The translations under genes were made by a program, and so were the position numbers. From the NCBI GenBank assembly GCA_012513575.1, contig JAAZBX010000007.1, forward strand, positions 27,931 to 91,930: a stretch of DNA of 64,000 nucleotides. The letters are read 5' to 3'. Source of the stretch: Candidatus Dojkabacteria bacterium (GTDB lineage: Bacteria > Patescibacteriota > Dojkabacteria > SC72). Positions 9,703-20,256 of the stretch are shown here, in pieces. The first letter of the stretch is position 1. Every line of letters starts with the position of its first letter. The notes below the pieces were generated by a model. The model ran no database searches, had not been told where the DNA came from, and saw nothing but the letters and a program-made list of their open reading frames with translations.

Positions 9703-10446
9703 ATGAGTTTAAAACACGATTCGTTCAAAAAGGTGAGAAAGGAGAAAAACAAATGGAGATTAGATACCCCTGAAGATTTCGAGGAGATGGAAGATACCTT
9801 TCTTAAAGAGAGAATGCAGAGCAAGGAGCCTACAATCACTACAACCGTGAGAATTACGGCTGGAAAAGCGAAAAATTTCAACTTGGAAGTTCCCAAGGCA
9901 ACCCGTCCAATGACCGATAGGATGAAGATTCGTATATTTGACATCCTAAGAGAAGATTTAGTTAATAAATCCATTTTGGATCTTTATGCAGGTGCAGGTT
10001 CATTTGGATTCGAGGCTATCTCAAGAGGAGCAAAGCATTCAACATTTGTTGATGCATCAAAAAATGCCAATATTATTTTAAAAAAGAATGCTGCCCATAC
10101 TGGCTTCTTAATAGAAACAGAAATTATAAAGGAAAAGGTTGAAGAATATTTATTCAGGGTACTTAACCAAGAAGAAGTTCCATCATTTGACATAATTTTC
10201 ATGGATCCTCCTTACAAGCTTTTTAATACAAAAAAGACCTACAAAATGGAGAATGTAATAAATATGGCGACCAAGTTATTACCAGGTATCCAAGACAATA
10301 ATTGTAAAGGATGGAAAGGTGCACTTATTCTTAAACACCCGAAAAGATATGATTTAAACAAAATTAAGATAGAAAATTTAACGCTTGTAGAAAGCATTAA
10401 TCTGGGTATCAATGAAATATCCTTCTTTATTGTCAATTTTAAATAG
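9703..10446 (+). CDS. rsmD: RsmD-family methyltransferase with N-terminal extension
   Basis: TRPMTDR, LDLYAGAGSFGFEAISRGA, FMDPPY. Confidence 0.85.
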   Translation: MSLKHDSFKKVRKEKNKWRLDTPEDFEEMEDTFLKERMQSKEPTITTTVRITAGKAKNFNLEVPKATRPMTDRMKIRIFDILREDLVNKSILDLYAGAGSFGFEAISRGAKHSTFVDASKNANIILKKNAAHTGFLIETEIIKEKVEEYLFRVLNQEEVPSFDIIFMDPPYKLFNTKKTYKMENVINMATKLLPGIQDNNCKGWKGALILKHPKRYDLNKIKIENLTLVESINLGINEISFFIVNFK

Positions 10447-10634
10447 CATTAGATTAATATTCCACAGTTTCCTCTTCCCATTGCAAATTTGAGTATAAAA
10501 ATATAAAATACTTGTTGTGTATAGAATATACGGAATAAACAAATCAAAACTAAACAGAATAGTTTTTACAACACACACTTTTTAATGTGTGCTTTTCCCT
10601 TAACACTTTTTAATTAAATTACTTTGATAAAATT

Positions 10635-12425
10635 ATGGATTCTGAACAAAAAATAAAAGAAGAAAAATTAGAAAAAATGAGGCATTCTGCCTCACACATA
10701 TTAGCAGAAGCAGTATTAAAGCTTTACCCAGATACTAAACTTGGTATTGGACCGGCAATCGAAAACGGATATTACTACGACTTTGACTTTAGTGAACCTA
10801 TCGAAGAGGAGGACTTAAAGAAAATTGAGAAAGAAATGCGAAAAATTATCAAACAAAATCTTCCAATTACCCAAGTATTTATGAAGAGAACTGATGCAGA
10901 AGAATATTTCAATAAAACAGGTCAAATATACAAACTTGAGCTATTAGAAGAAATAGAGGGTAAGGAATTAAGCTTTTACATAACCGGGGAGAATGAATTT
11001 GCGGATCTTTGTAGAGGTCCTCATATCGACAGTACAAGTGAGATAGGAGCAATTAAACTTACAAAGACCGCTGGAGCATATTGGAGAGGAGACGAAAACA
11101 AAAAAATGTTAACAAGGATATATGGAACTGCGTTTGAGACAGAAAACGAGCTTAATACTTTTCTTAAAAATCAAGAATTGCTTGAGAGTAGAAATCATAG
11201 GAAAATTGGCAAACAGCTTGAGCTATTTGCTATCATTCCTGAAATTGGTCAAGGACTTCCTGTTTGGCTTCCTCGAGGCTACACAATTAGAAGAATTCTC
11301 GAAGATTACTTGTTAGAACTTGAAAACAATGCCGGATATCTTCATATTTTAACCCCTCATATCAATAAATCACAACTATTTGAAATATCAGGCCATTTGA
11401 ATTTCTACAAAGAATCTATGTATCCACCAATGCAAATAGAAGATGAAACTTACTATCTTAAGCCAATGAACTGTCCAGCAGGTATGATGGTTTACAATTT
11501 AAGTCCGAAAAGTTACAGAGACTTACCATACAAATTAGGGGAGTTCGGTACTGTATACAGATACGAGAAGAGCGGAGAGCTACATGGCTTACAAAGAGTC
11601 AGAGGATTTACTCAGAACGATGCACACATATTCTGTACCCCTGAACAACTCGAGGATTCAATAAATGAGACATTAGATTTACTCGACATATTCTACAAAG
11701 ATGTAGGATTTACAAAATACAAATTTAGGCTATCTCTTTCAGATAGAGAGGCTAATCCTAAAAAATATGCAGGAGATGTTGAGAGATGGAAACAAGCTGA
11801 AGAAACATTAAGAAAAGTTTTGATCGATAGAAAAGTTGATTTTGAAGAAATGCCAGGAGATGCAGCATTCTATGGACCTAAAATTGATATTCAAGCAGTT
11901 AATGTCTTTGGGAAAGAGGACTCTGTTTCAACTTTACAATTGGATTTCAATCTTTCTGAAAGATTCAAAATAAAATATATTGATCAAGATGGAAAAGAGC
12001 AAGAACCTTTTGTTATTCATAGAGCACTAATAGGGTCATTTGAAAGATTCTTTGCATTTTTAATTGAGACCCATGGCGGAGATTTCCCTCTTTGGTTTAC
12101 ACCTGAACAGGTTTATATTATCCCAATATCAGAGAAACATCACGATTATGCTAAACAAGTCTATGATCAATTACATAATTCAGGTCTAAGAGTAAAACTT
12201 GATGATAGAGAGAAAAGCATGCAGTCTAGAATACGAGATGCTGAGAAAATGAAAATCCCATATATCATCATTTTAGGTGACAAGGAAATTCAAACAGATA
12301 CTATCTCTGTTAGGACAAGAAAGAACAAGAGTGAAGGTTTAATGAAAGTTCAAGAATTTGTTGATAATCTCAAAGAAGAAATTAGAACAAAAGAGCCTTT
12401 TAAGGTAGAGATGGCTACTGTTTAA
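10635..12425 (+). CDS. thrS: Threonine--tRNA ligase (no N-terminal TGS)
   Basis: RHSASH, DLCRGPH, LKPMNCP, AFYGPKID, HRALIGSFERF. Confidence 0.97.
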   Translation: MDSEQKIKEEKLEKMRHSASHILAEAVLKLYPDTKLGIGPAIENGYYYDFDFSEPIEEEDLKKIEKEMRKIIKQNLPITQVFMKRTDAEEYFNKTGQIYKLELLEEIEGKELSFYITGENEFADLCRGPHIDSTSEIGAIKLTKTAGAYWRGDENKKMLTRIYGTAFETENELNTFLKNQELLESRNHRKIGKQLELFAIIPEIGQGLPVWLPRGYTIRRILEDYLLELENNAGYLHILTPHINKSQLFEISGHLNFYKESMYPPMQIEDETYYLKPMNCPAGMMVYNLSPKSYRDLPYKLGEFGTVYRYEKSGELHGLQRVRGFTQNDAHIFCTPEQLEDSINETLDLLDIFYKDVGFTKYKFRLSLSDREANPKKYAGDVERWKQAEETLRKVLIDRKVDFEEMPGDAAFYGPKIDIQAVNVFGKEDSVSTLQLDFNLSERFKIKYIDQDGKEQEPFVIHRALIGSFERFFAFLIETHGGDFPLWFTPEQVYIIPISEKHHDYAKQVYDQLHNSGLRVKLDDREKSMQSRIRDAEKMKIPYIIILGDKEIQTDTISVRTRKNKSEGLMKVQEFVDNLKEEIRTKEPFKVEMATV

Positions 12426-12448
12426 TTTAATTTTATTAATTTTAATAA

Positions 12449-13024
12449 ATGCCTTTTGACAAACAAGCAGAATTAAGAAAAAAGTTCGGTCCTAGAAAGA
12501 ATGAATACATTAGGGTCGAAGAAGTTCAACTCATTGATGAAAAGGGAAATAATATTGGGGTAGTTAAAACAAATAGAGCCCTTGAAATGGCGAGAGAGGT
12601 AGAATTAGACTTGGTTGAAGTAGGACCCAACGTTAAGCCTCCAGTTTGTAAAATAATGGACTATTCAAAATATATATATATGCAAAGTAAAAAGAACAGG
12701 ATGAATAAGAAGGGGAAAGCAAAAGAAGTAAAAGAGTTTAGGTTTTCACCTGTAATAGAAGAAGCAGATACTAATCACAAAGTTAACAGAGCTATTGAAT
12801 ATCTAAAAAAGGGTTACCCAACAAGAATTACAATGTTCCGAAAGGGGAGACAATCAAAAGAGCAAGCAAAGGAACTTTTTGATGAAATATTGACTAATTT
12901 TGCAGATTATAGTAGCATTGAACCCGATCCTGTATCCGAAGGTAATAATATTTTTATAACATTTAAACCAAATGGCAAGACAAAAGACAAACAAAACAGC
13001 AAAGAAGAGAGTGAAGATGTCTAA
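12449..13024 (+). CDS. infC: Translation initiation factor IF-3
   Basis: NEYIR...LDLVEV...PPVCKIMDY; thrS-infC-rpmI-rplT synteny. Confidence 0.93.
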   Translation: MPFDKQAELRKKFGPRKNEYIRVEEVQLIDEKGNNIGVVKTNRALEMAREVELDLVEVGPNVKPPVCKIMDYSKYIYMQSKKNRMNKKGKAKEVKEFRFSPVIEEADTNHKVNRAIEYLKKGYPTRITMFRKGRQSKEQAKELFDEILTNFADYSSIEPDPVSEGNNIFITFKPNGKTKDKQNSKEESEDV

Positions 13025-13184
13025 TCCTAGAGGTGCTAAGAAGGGCGTTATGAGGTTTAAACAGAGCCATCAGGGTCATTTAAAAACAAAGAGATCTGCA
13101 AGAGAGAAAAGAAGACAAAGTGATAGCAAACCGGTACCAGGAGAGCTTAGGAATAAGATGGAGAAGAAAATTATTAATATCTAG
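12972..13184 (+). CDS. rpmI: 50S ribosomal protein L35
   Basis: KTNKTAKKRVK...GHLKTKRS; between infC and rplT. Confidence 0.85.
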   Translation: MARQKTNKTAKKRVKMSNPRGAKKGVMRFKQSHQGHLKTKRSAREKRRQSDSKPVPGELRNKMEKKIINI

Positions 13185-13195
13185 TAACAATAATT

Positions 13196-13534
13196 ATGAG
13201 AGTTAAAACTGGAGTAGCAAGAAAAAGAAGACATAGTAAAGTACTCGCAAGAACAAAGGGCTACAGAATGACAAAGAGTAGGCTTTACAAAGTGTCTCAT
13301 GAGGCATTCATGCATGCAGGTCAGTATGCTTATAATGACAGACAGAAGAGAGGTGGACAGATGAGAAGAATGTGGATTACAAAGATTAATGCTGCATGTA
13401 AAAATAATGGAATTCAATATAATGATTTGATATCAGGTCTTAAGAAAAACAAGATTGAATTAAATAGAATGGTTTTAGCTGATTTAGCTGTTAACAATCC
13501 AGAGGTATTTACTACCGTTGTTAAATCTATCTAA
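13196..13534 (+). CDS. rplT: 50S ribosomal protein L20
   Basis: MRVKTGV...WITKINAA...LNRMVLADLA. Confidence 0.96.
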   Translation: MRVKTGVARKRRHSKVLARTKGYRMTKSRLYKVSHEAFMHAGQYAYNDRQKRGGQMRRMWITKINAACKNNGIQYNDLISGLKKNKIELNRMVLADLAVNNPEVFTTVVKSI

Positions 13535-13550
13535 TTGGTTAGAGATTGAG

Positions 13551-13576
13551 AAGGATTCTTAAAGGGTCCTTTTTTT
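13551..13576 (+). terminator. Intrinsic terminator after rplT
   Basis: AAGGATTCTT-A-AAGGGTCCTT stem with G-U pairs followed by a T tract. Confidence 0.7.
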
Positions 13577-13661
13577 ATATTCGAACAAATCCCATCATTA
13601 GGCCCATAGAATCACAAGATTAATCATTCCTTTTTACCCAAACAATGTTGTATACTAAACA

Positions 13662-14699
13662 ATGGAATTCAAACAAAAAAATCTCCAAAAAATATATAAA
13701 GAATTGCTTCAAGACCAGAAAAAATTATCCCTACAAGGGCTAAAAAAGAAATATATATCAAAGCAGGGCTTTATTAGTGAAGCTTTTAACAAAATTTCCT
13801 CTATTAAAATAGCTGAAAGAGCAGAATATGGAAAAGAGGCAAACGAATTAAAAAATCTCTATGAAGAAATATCTCAATCACTATCACAAAATAAAAACAT
13901 CTATTCTACTAGAGAAAAAATAGATGTCACCGCTCCTTTTGATTTTAATACGAAAGAAGAACAAAGACCTCACTTTTTAAATGAAATTGGAACACAGCAT
14001 CCATTAACAAAGGAGGTTGAGATATTTACCGAGATTTTCAAAAGTATGGGTTTTAATGTACTTGAAAGTAGACAGATTGATGATGATTATCATATGTTTG
14101 AATCTCTAAATTTCCCAGTAGGCCACCCAGCAAGAGAAATGTATGACACCTTTTGGACAGAAGACGGTTTTGTACTTCCAGCACATACATCCACAATGCA
14201 AAATAGAGCGATGAGAATGTACGGTCCACCTCCAATCGCAGTTGTTTTACCCGGCAGATGCTTTAGAAATGAAGCTACAGATGCAAGTCACGAATTTACA
14301 TTCCATCAAATTGAGGGAATTTATATCGACAAGAACGTATCATTGGCAAATATGGTTGCGACAATCAAAGAATTTCTTGAAAAGTACTTAGAAACCTCCT
14401 TGGAGGTTAGGATTCAACCGTCCTATTTCCCATTCACAGAACCAGATTGTGAGTTTGTCATTAGCTGCCCATTTTGTCACAAAGCAGGTTGCTCGACCTG
14501 TGGACACTCTGGCTGGATAGAGTTGATGGGGTGTGGAATGATTCATCCAAACGTTCTAAAACAGGCAGATATTGATCCTGATACGTATTCTGGGTTTGCA
14601 TGGGGTTTTGGAGTTGACAGATTAACGATGATAAAGAGAGGAATAAATGACATACGCTTACTTAGAGATTCAAACCTTAATTTCTTAAAGCAATTTTAA
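13662..14699 (+). CDS. pheS: Phenylalanine--tRNA ligase alpha subunit
   Basis: HPAREMYDTF, FHQIEG, YFPFTEP, GFAWGFGVDR. Confidence 0.97.
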   Translation: MEFKQKNLQKIYKELLQDQKKLSLQGLKKKYISKQGFISEAFNKISSIKIAERAEYGKEANELKNLYEEISQSLSQNKNIYSTREKIDVTAPFDFNTKEEQRPHFLNEIGTQHPLTKEVEIFTEIFKSMGFNVLESRQIDDDYHMFESLNFPVGHPAREMYDTFWTEDGFVLPAHTSTMQNRAMRMYGPPPIAVVLPGRCFRNEATDASHEFTFHQIEGIYIDKNVSLANMVATIKEFLEKYLETSLEVRIQPSYFPFTEPDCEFVISCPFCHKAGCSTCGHSGWIELMGCGMIHPNVLKQADIDPDTYSGFAWGFGVDRLTMIKRGINDIRLLRDSNLNFLKQF

Positions 14700-17179
14700 T
14701 GAGGGTAACTACTGAACTTCTTAAACAATTTGGAGATATTTCTGCAAAAGATTCAGAATACGAGAAACTGATTAAAGAGCACATAGCGAACGTAGAGTAC
14801 GTTCATGACCTTTCAAAGGACTATGAGGGTATCGTAATCGGAGAAATAGTCGAGAAGGAAGAGCACCCAAACGCCGACAAGCTTGGTGTTTACAAAGTAT
14901 TCATTGGGAACAAAAGAACACAGGTAGTCGCAGGTGATAAGACCTTATGTATTGGAGACAAGGTTGCATATCTACCACCAGGCTCATATGTTCCATATAC
15001 TTATTACTCAGATGAAAAACCGGTAATTATTGAAGCAGTTGAATTACGCGGAGTTAAATCAAATGGGATGCTTGGATCAGAAAAGGAATTAAATCTAGGA
15101 CCAAATCACAACAATGTCTTCAGACTACCTCAAGAAGCTCCCGTGGGAGAGCCTTTCTCTGAATATTACAATCTTAATGACACAGTAATTGAAATTGAGA
15201 ACAAGGGGCTAACAAATAGGGGAGACTTATTTGGAATTCTTGGAATTGCTCGGGAACTTACTGCAATAACTGGAAACAAGTTTCTATCTCCAACGTGGAT
15301 ATTAAAACCTCAGAAAAAATTACACGCCGAATCTAACTGCTTAAATCTAGAAATAATTAATGATGCGGAAGCTCTATGTCCAAGATATATTGGAATTGCA
15401 ATAGATAATATCTCAATAAAACCTTCTCCTATCTGGTTGCAGTCTGAATTAGTAAAGCTAGACATTAAACCAATTAATAATGTAATTGATATTACAAATT
15501 ACATTTCAGCAATCCTTGGACAACCTCTTCATGCTTTTGATTATGACAAAATAATTTCAAATGATAATGCTCCTGACAACAAAGTAATAATTAATATAAG
15601 AATGGGCAAAGAAGGAGAGACAATATTAGGTTTAGATAATAAATTACACGAGTTAAACGACAGAACAATAGTTATTGCTGACAATAGTCATCCAATAGCC
15701 ATTGCAGGAATAATAGGAGGAAAAGATTCCTCGGTTGATGAGAGTACTAAACGAATTATCATTGAGTCTGCAAATTTTGATAAAAATAGCATTAGAAAAA
15801 GTTCTATGAATTTAGGCATTCATACAGATTCTGCAACTAAATTTAAACATTCTTTGGATCCAGAAATGTGTTTGCCTGCATTAATAAAAGCAATACAGCT
15901 TGCAAAAGAATTAGCCTCTGGAAGTATTGCTTCAAATATTATCGACATCTATCCAGACCCTCAACCGTTACAGAAGATTACAATAGATATAGATAAGCTT
16001 AATAGACACCTTGGAACTTCATTATCAAAAGATGTAATCTCAACTATATTAACCAACTTAGAATATACTGTTACCTCTTCAGATAAAACATTTCTTACTG
16101 TGAAAATTCCTTCATGGAGAAAAGATATTCAATTGGCTGAAGATATTCATGAAGATATCGCTAGAATATATGGTTTTGACAATATTGAAATTGAATTACC
16201 TAAAAAGGAGATAAGACCTATTAGAGATAATAAGATTTTTGAATTAAAGAAGAAAACTCGAAAACTCTTATCTACGCTTGGTCTTAACGAGATTCTAACA
16301 TATAGCTTCATAAGTCCTGAGAGTTTTAATAAATCGAACTTAGATTCCAATTTGGCTTTCAAACTAAAAAACCCTCTTTCACCTGAATTATCTTTAATGC
16401 GAACGAATCTGCTTCAAACTATTTTACCAAAGGTTAAAGAGAATAGAGATAGAGGCTTTAAGAACTTTGGCCTATTTGAAATTAACATTCCTCATGTTAA
16501 AGGCTATTTTGATACTGAAGGACTTCCAAAAGAGGAGTGGCACGTTTCTTCAATAATTACTAATACACAAGAATCAAAACACTCTCATTTCTATATAGCA
16601 AAAAAATATGCAAAGGCTATTTTCTCAGAGAAAGACCAGTTGATTAAATTCTCTTTAATAGCGGAATCTTTTGAACAAAATATTGATGATTATTCAAAAG
16701 CAACTATGAATATGTTTGATCCTAATGTCTCGGCATTCTGTTATTTAGATAAAGAGGTTATAGGGATTGTTGGGGAACTAAAGGAGAATATACTATTAGA
16801 ATACAAATTACCCCAAAACACATGTGCCTTTGATATTAATCTAAGTAAGCTTGTCTCAACATCCCTTCCTGACAGTAAAATGAAGCCTGTTTCCATTTAT
16901 CCCAATTTCTCAATAGATTTATGTCTTGAAAGTAATTTAGATATCAAGTATTCAGAGATTGAAGACTTCCTAAAAAAGATTCTTAACTCAGCTGGATCAT
17001 GGGGAAACACACAATGTTTAGATATATATCGAGATGAGAAAATTCCAGAAAAGAAAAGAATTACTTTTAGAATAGAGGGAGGGGAAAACAGTAAAACTTT
17101 AACAGATAAAGAAATAAAAGAGAAAGTAAGTATGATTTCTAAGAAATTAAATAGTAAATTTGGAATTAAGGTTATATAA
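14699..17179 (+). CDS. pheT: Phenylalanine--tRNA ligase beta subunit
   Basis: HPNADKL, NRGDL, GQPLHAFD, EDIARIYG; follows pheS. Confidence 0.95.
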   Translation: MRVTTELLKQFGDISAKDSEYEKLIKEHIANVEYVHDLSKDYEGIVIGEIVEKEEHPNADKLGVYKVFIGNKRTQVVAGDKTLCIGDKVAYLPPGSYVPYTYYSDEKPVIIEAVELRGVKSNGMLGSEKELNLGPNHNNVFRLPQEAPVGEPFSEYYNLNDTVIEIENKGLTNRGDLFGILGIARELTAITGNKFLSPTWILKPQKKLHAESNCLNLEIINDAEALCPRYIGIAIDNISIKPSPIWLQSELVKLDIKPINNVIDITNYISAILGQPLHAFDYDKIISNDNAPDNKVIINIRMGKEGETILGLDNKLHELNDRTIVIADNSHPIAIAGIIGGKDSSVDESTKRIIIESANFDKNSIRKSSMNLGIHTDSATKFKHSLDPEMCLPALIKAIQLAKELASGSIASNIIDIYPDPQPLQKITIDIDKLNRHLGTSLSKDVISTILTNLEYTVTSSDKTFLTVKIPSWRKDIQLAEDIHEDIARIYGFDNIEIELPKKEIRPIRDNKIFELKKKTRKLLSTLGLNEILTYSFISPESFNKSNLDSNLAFKLKNPLSPELSLMRTNLLQTILPKVKENRDRGFKNFGLFEINIPHVKGYFDTEGLPKEEWHVSSIITNTQESKHSHFYIAKKYAKAIFSEKDQLIKFSLIAESFEQNIDDYSKATMNMFDPNVSAFCYLDKEVIGIVGELKENILLEYKLPQNTCAFDINLSKLVSTSLPDSKMKPVSIYPNFSIDLCLESNLDIKYSEIEDFLKKILNSAGSWGNTQCLDIYRDEKIPEKKRITFRIEGGENSKTLTDKEIKEKVSMISKKLNSKFGIKVI

Positions 17180-20171
17180 CCTTTACTGAGATAATCCCAC
17201 TCAAGATTTCCTCCCCATTGGACGAAATAGCTTTTGCACTTATTTTTGTACTTCCTGAAACAGCATCCGCGGGAATAGTGGCGACCCAAGTATTAGCTCC
17301 TTCTTTTGTTCCAGCAACAGATTTCTGACCACTTCCACTTTGTAAAAGAAAAGTTACCCCTGAAGAAGAGATATTTCCTGAGACCACTGCCCTTAATTGT
17401 GTTTCGCCTCTCTTTACGGTATCTCCGTTTAATGGTGCAGTTAAGGTAATTGTCGCTGTTACATTCGATACCACAACTGATACAGATTTGGTGTCAATTT
17501 TACCTGCAGAATCTTTAACCGAAACTGAAATGTTTAATGAAGGAGAACTATCTGGAACAACATAATTGACCAAGAAGGAACTGTCCGCATTTACAGTCTG
17601 AACACCGACTCCAGGTATATCTACACCATTTACTTTAACAGAGAATGAGGAAAGCGTTCCCGCAAACCTAACAAAACCAGCTATCTCGAGATTTTTCCCA
17701 GATTCAACTTGTTGACCACTTGTTGGCCTACTAATATCAATAACTGGAGCATTGTCAGGTCCTAAAGGTAAAGGACAATATGCGGTTTGAGGCTCTTCAA
17801 AAATATACGAACCAACTCCTAGCATATATTTCTTATATGCTTCAACCTGAAGAGGGTTCTCTAATTTTGTTGTTAGAAGTATTTTAGTTGATATTAAATT
17901 GTAGAGCTTTGCTACGTCAAGATTTGTCGGAATAGAATTGTTTTCAGTACATACTTCAACAGATTTTCTGTTATCTGCCTGAGGAGCCCTCCCCGCAATG
18001 TATATTGTGGCTTGTTTATTACATTCCACACCTTCAGCAGGAACCCCTCCAGTATCTGTACAAACAGAAGTAGTCATAATTCCTGCAGGCCTATTGTAGT
18101 TAAATTCGTTATATCTATCTATTACCCTTCTAAAGAAAGAATTTGTTATATCTAAAGAAATTGTAGATGACCAACCTCCAGGCATCACCTCATTGTTGTT
18201 ATTACCATTCCATGCAGCAACAACTAAACTTTGGTTGTATTGAAATGCTAATAAATCTTTAGGACCATCTGTCGTGCCTGTCTTCCCACAAAGCTTTTTA
18301 CCATTTATATAGAAGGAGCTATTTGCATACCTATCATTGAACCCATTCAAATCGCAAATCATCCAGTTAACAACATAAGCTTCTTTCTCATCAATTACCC
18401 TTTGACCTTCTGATTCCTCAAACTCCTTAAGAACCTTACCCTTAGAATCTTCAACTTTGAGAATAGCTGTTGTATCATGACGTATTCCACTATTCGCTAG
18501 GGTAGCATAAGCATTTGTAAGATCTACTAACTTCATCTCTGCAGAACCCAAACCAAGACTCAAACCGTAGTTTGCCTTGTTTTCAATACCCTCTATTCCT
18601 AACTTTTGCATTAATTGAAGATACCCATCTATACCTCCGACTTGCAAGGCATATACAGTTGGGATATTCCTTGAAAGTACAAGAGCCTTTCTGGCAAGAA
18701 TTAGACCATCATATCTTCCATCCCAGTTCTTTGGTTTATATGGACCGAAGGAAATTGAATCTATATCAGGAGTTAACAACCATGGCCCATATCCTTTATT
18801 TATCATATTTAAATATACAAAGGGCTTAACAGAAGAACCTGTTTGTCTCATACTGGTTGTAATATTAACATTCCCATCAACTCTAGGATCTTCAATATTC
18901 CAGTAATCAACTGAGCCCACCATCGCAAGTATTTGTGCATTTTTAGGATTCATAACGACCATTGCTCCATTGTGAACATTATGCCTTTTGTTTTCTTCGA
19001 CTCCCTTTGTAATCTCCTCTTCCGCAATCCCCTGTAGAGTAGAGTCAAGAGTGGTCGTAACCTTTAGACCCCCTCTTTGTACTATATCAGGCCCGAACTC
19101 TTCTTCTAAAATTCCTTTAACATAAAATACAAAATGAGGAGCTTTTATTTCAATCCTGTTGGTTTTATACACTAATTCTTCTTCCCTCGCAGCATCAATA
19201 TCTTCTTTTGAAACACCTAAAATTCTTTTCTTGTCTTCCAACTGATCGAGGACATAATTTTGTCTTACTTTTGCCAATTCTGGATTACTACCAAACAGAG
19301 GAGAGTAGATGCTTGGGCCCTGGATAAGTCCTGCTATCAAAGCACTTTCTGCCAAAGTAAGTTCGCTAACATCTTTCCCAAAATAGGAATTTGCAGCTGC
19401 TTGAAAACCATAATTAACCCCTCCCAAAGGAATTTCATTCATGTACATCTGCAAAATTTCATCCTTGGTAAAGGTTTGTTCTACTTGCATGGTTATCAAT
19501 GCTTCCTTAATTTTCCTTGACAAAGTTCTTTCGTATACTTCATCACCTAAAAGGTCTTTTAGTAACGTAGTCTTAACAAGTTGTTGAGTAAGTGTACTTC
19601 CACCCCTTACAACTTTTCCTCCACGAATATTTTGAATGAAGGCTTTTAATATACCTAAATAATCTAATCCCTTATGCTGATAAAATTCTGCATCTTCAGC
19701 GGCTAGAAGGGCTTTTCTTGTATTTTCTGGGATCTTTTCTAGTGGAACGAATTCCCTATTTTCATCTCCAAAAATTGTATAAAGCAATTCTCCGTTTCTA
19801 TCAAGAATCTGGGTACTTTGATCCGATGATCTGTCTATTAATTGATCTGGAGCAGGAAGTGCATCTCCTATCTTCTTAAGGTAGATACCTAAGACAATTA
19901 GGCCGACACAACCAACAAAGAAAGCGACACCAAGTCCAATATATAAAACCTTTCTTATTTTCTTTTTAAAAGGGGCTGAAGATAAAGATTTCTTGCTGTT
20001 TTTTACTTTCTTTTTACTATTAACAACATTGGTGGAATATTTCTTTATATTCATATACTTATTAAACCCGATATTAGGAATAGTACCACTCGTATTCTTG
20101 TTTGATCTTCGCCTACTAGAAGCGAGTTTTCTCTTGGGCTGAGAATATCCAATACTGTATTTCATATTCAT
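17172..20171 (-). CDS. Class A penicillin-binding protein with C-terminal Ig-like domains
   Basis: EDAEFYQH, GGSTLTQQ, RKIKE (transglycosylase); SSVK, SRN, KTG (transpeptidase). Confidence 0.93.
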   Translation of the reverse strand: MNMKYSIGYSQPKRKLASSRRRSNKNTSGTIPNIGFNKYMNIKKYSTNVVNSKKKVKNSKKSLSSAPFKKKIRKVLYIGLGVAFFVGCVGLIVLGIYLKKIGDALPAPDQLIDRSSDQSTQILDRNGELLYTIFGDENREFVPLEKIPENTRKALLAAEDAEFYQHKGLDYLGILKAFIQNIRGGKVVRGGSTLTQQLVKTTLLKDLLGDEVYERTLSRKIKEALITMQVEQTFTKDEILQMYMNEIPLGGVNYGFQAAANSYFGKDVSELTLAESALIAGLIQGPSIYSPLFGSNPELAKVRQNYVLDQLEDKKRILGVSKEDIDAAREEELVYKTNRIEIKAPHFVFYVKGILEEEFGPDIVQRGGLKVTTTLDSTLQGIAEEEITKGVEENKRHNVHNGAMVVMNPKNAQILAMVGSVDYWNIEDPRVDGNVNITTSMRQTGSSVKPFVYLNMINKGYGPWLLTPDIDSISFGPYKPKNWDGRYDGLILARKALVLSRNIPTVYALQVGGIDGYLQLMQKLGIEGIENKANYGLSLGLGSAEMKLVDLTNAYATLANSGIRHDTTAILKVEDSKGKVLKEFEESEGQRVIDEKEAYVVNWMICDLNGFNDRYANSSFYINGKKLCGKTGTTDGPKDLLAFQYNQSLVVAAWNGNNNNEVMPGGWSSTISLDITNSFFRRVIDRYNEFNYNRPAGIMTTSVCTDTGGVPAEGVECNKQATIYIAGRAPQADNRKSVEVCTENNSIPTNLDVAKLYNLISTKILLTTKLENPLQVEAYKKYMLGVGSYIFEEPQTAYCPLPLGPDNAPVIDISRPTSGQQVESGKNLEIAGFVRFAGTLSSFSVKVNGVDIPGVGVQTVNADSSFLVNYVVPDSSPSLNISVSVKDSAGKIDTKSVSVVVSNVTATITLTAPLNGDTVKRGETQLRAVVSGNISSSGVTFLLQSGSGQKSVAGTKEGANTWVATIPADAVSGSTKISAKAISSNGEEILSGIISVKVI

Positions 20172-20256
20172 ATATTATGCCCTCATTTGACTAAAAATTT
20201 CAAGCTCTAATATTTGAGATAAAGTGTTAATAGTGTATCATGTGATATAATCATCT

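Noticed and set aside
10447-10634. T-box or attenuator upstream of thrS
   Set aside because: Only two small hairpins (AAAACTA/TAGTTTT, CACAC/GTGTG); no T-box consensus or Thr-rich leader peptide
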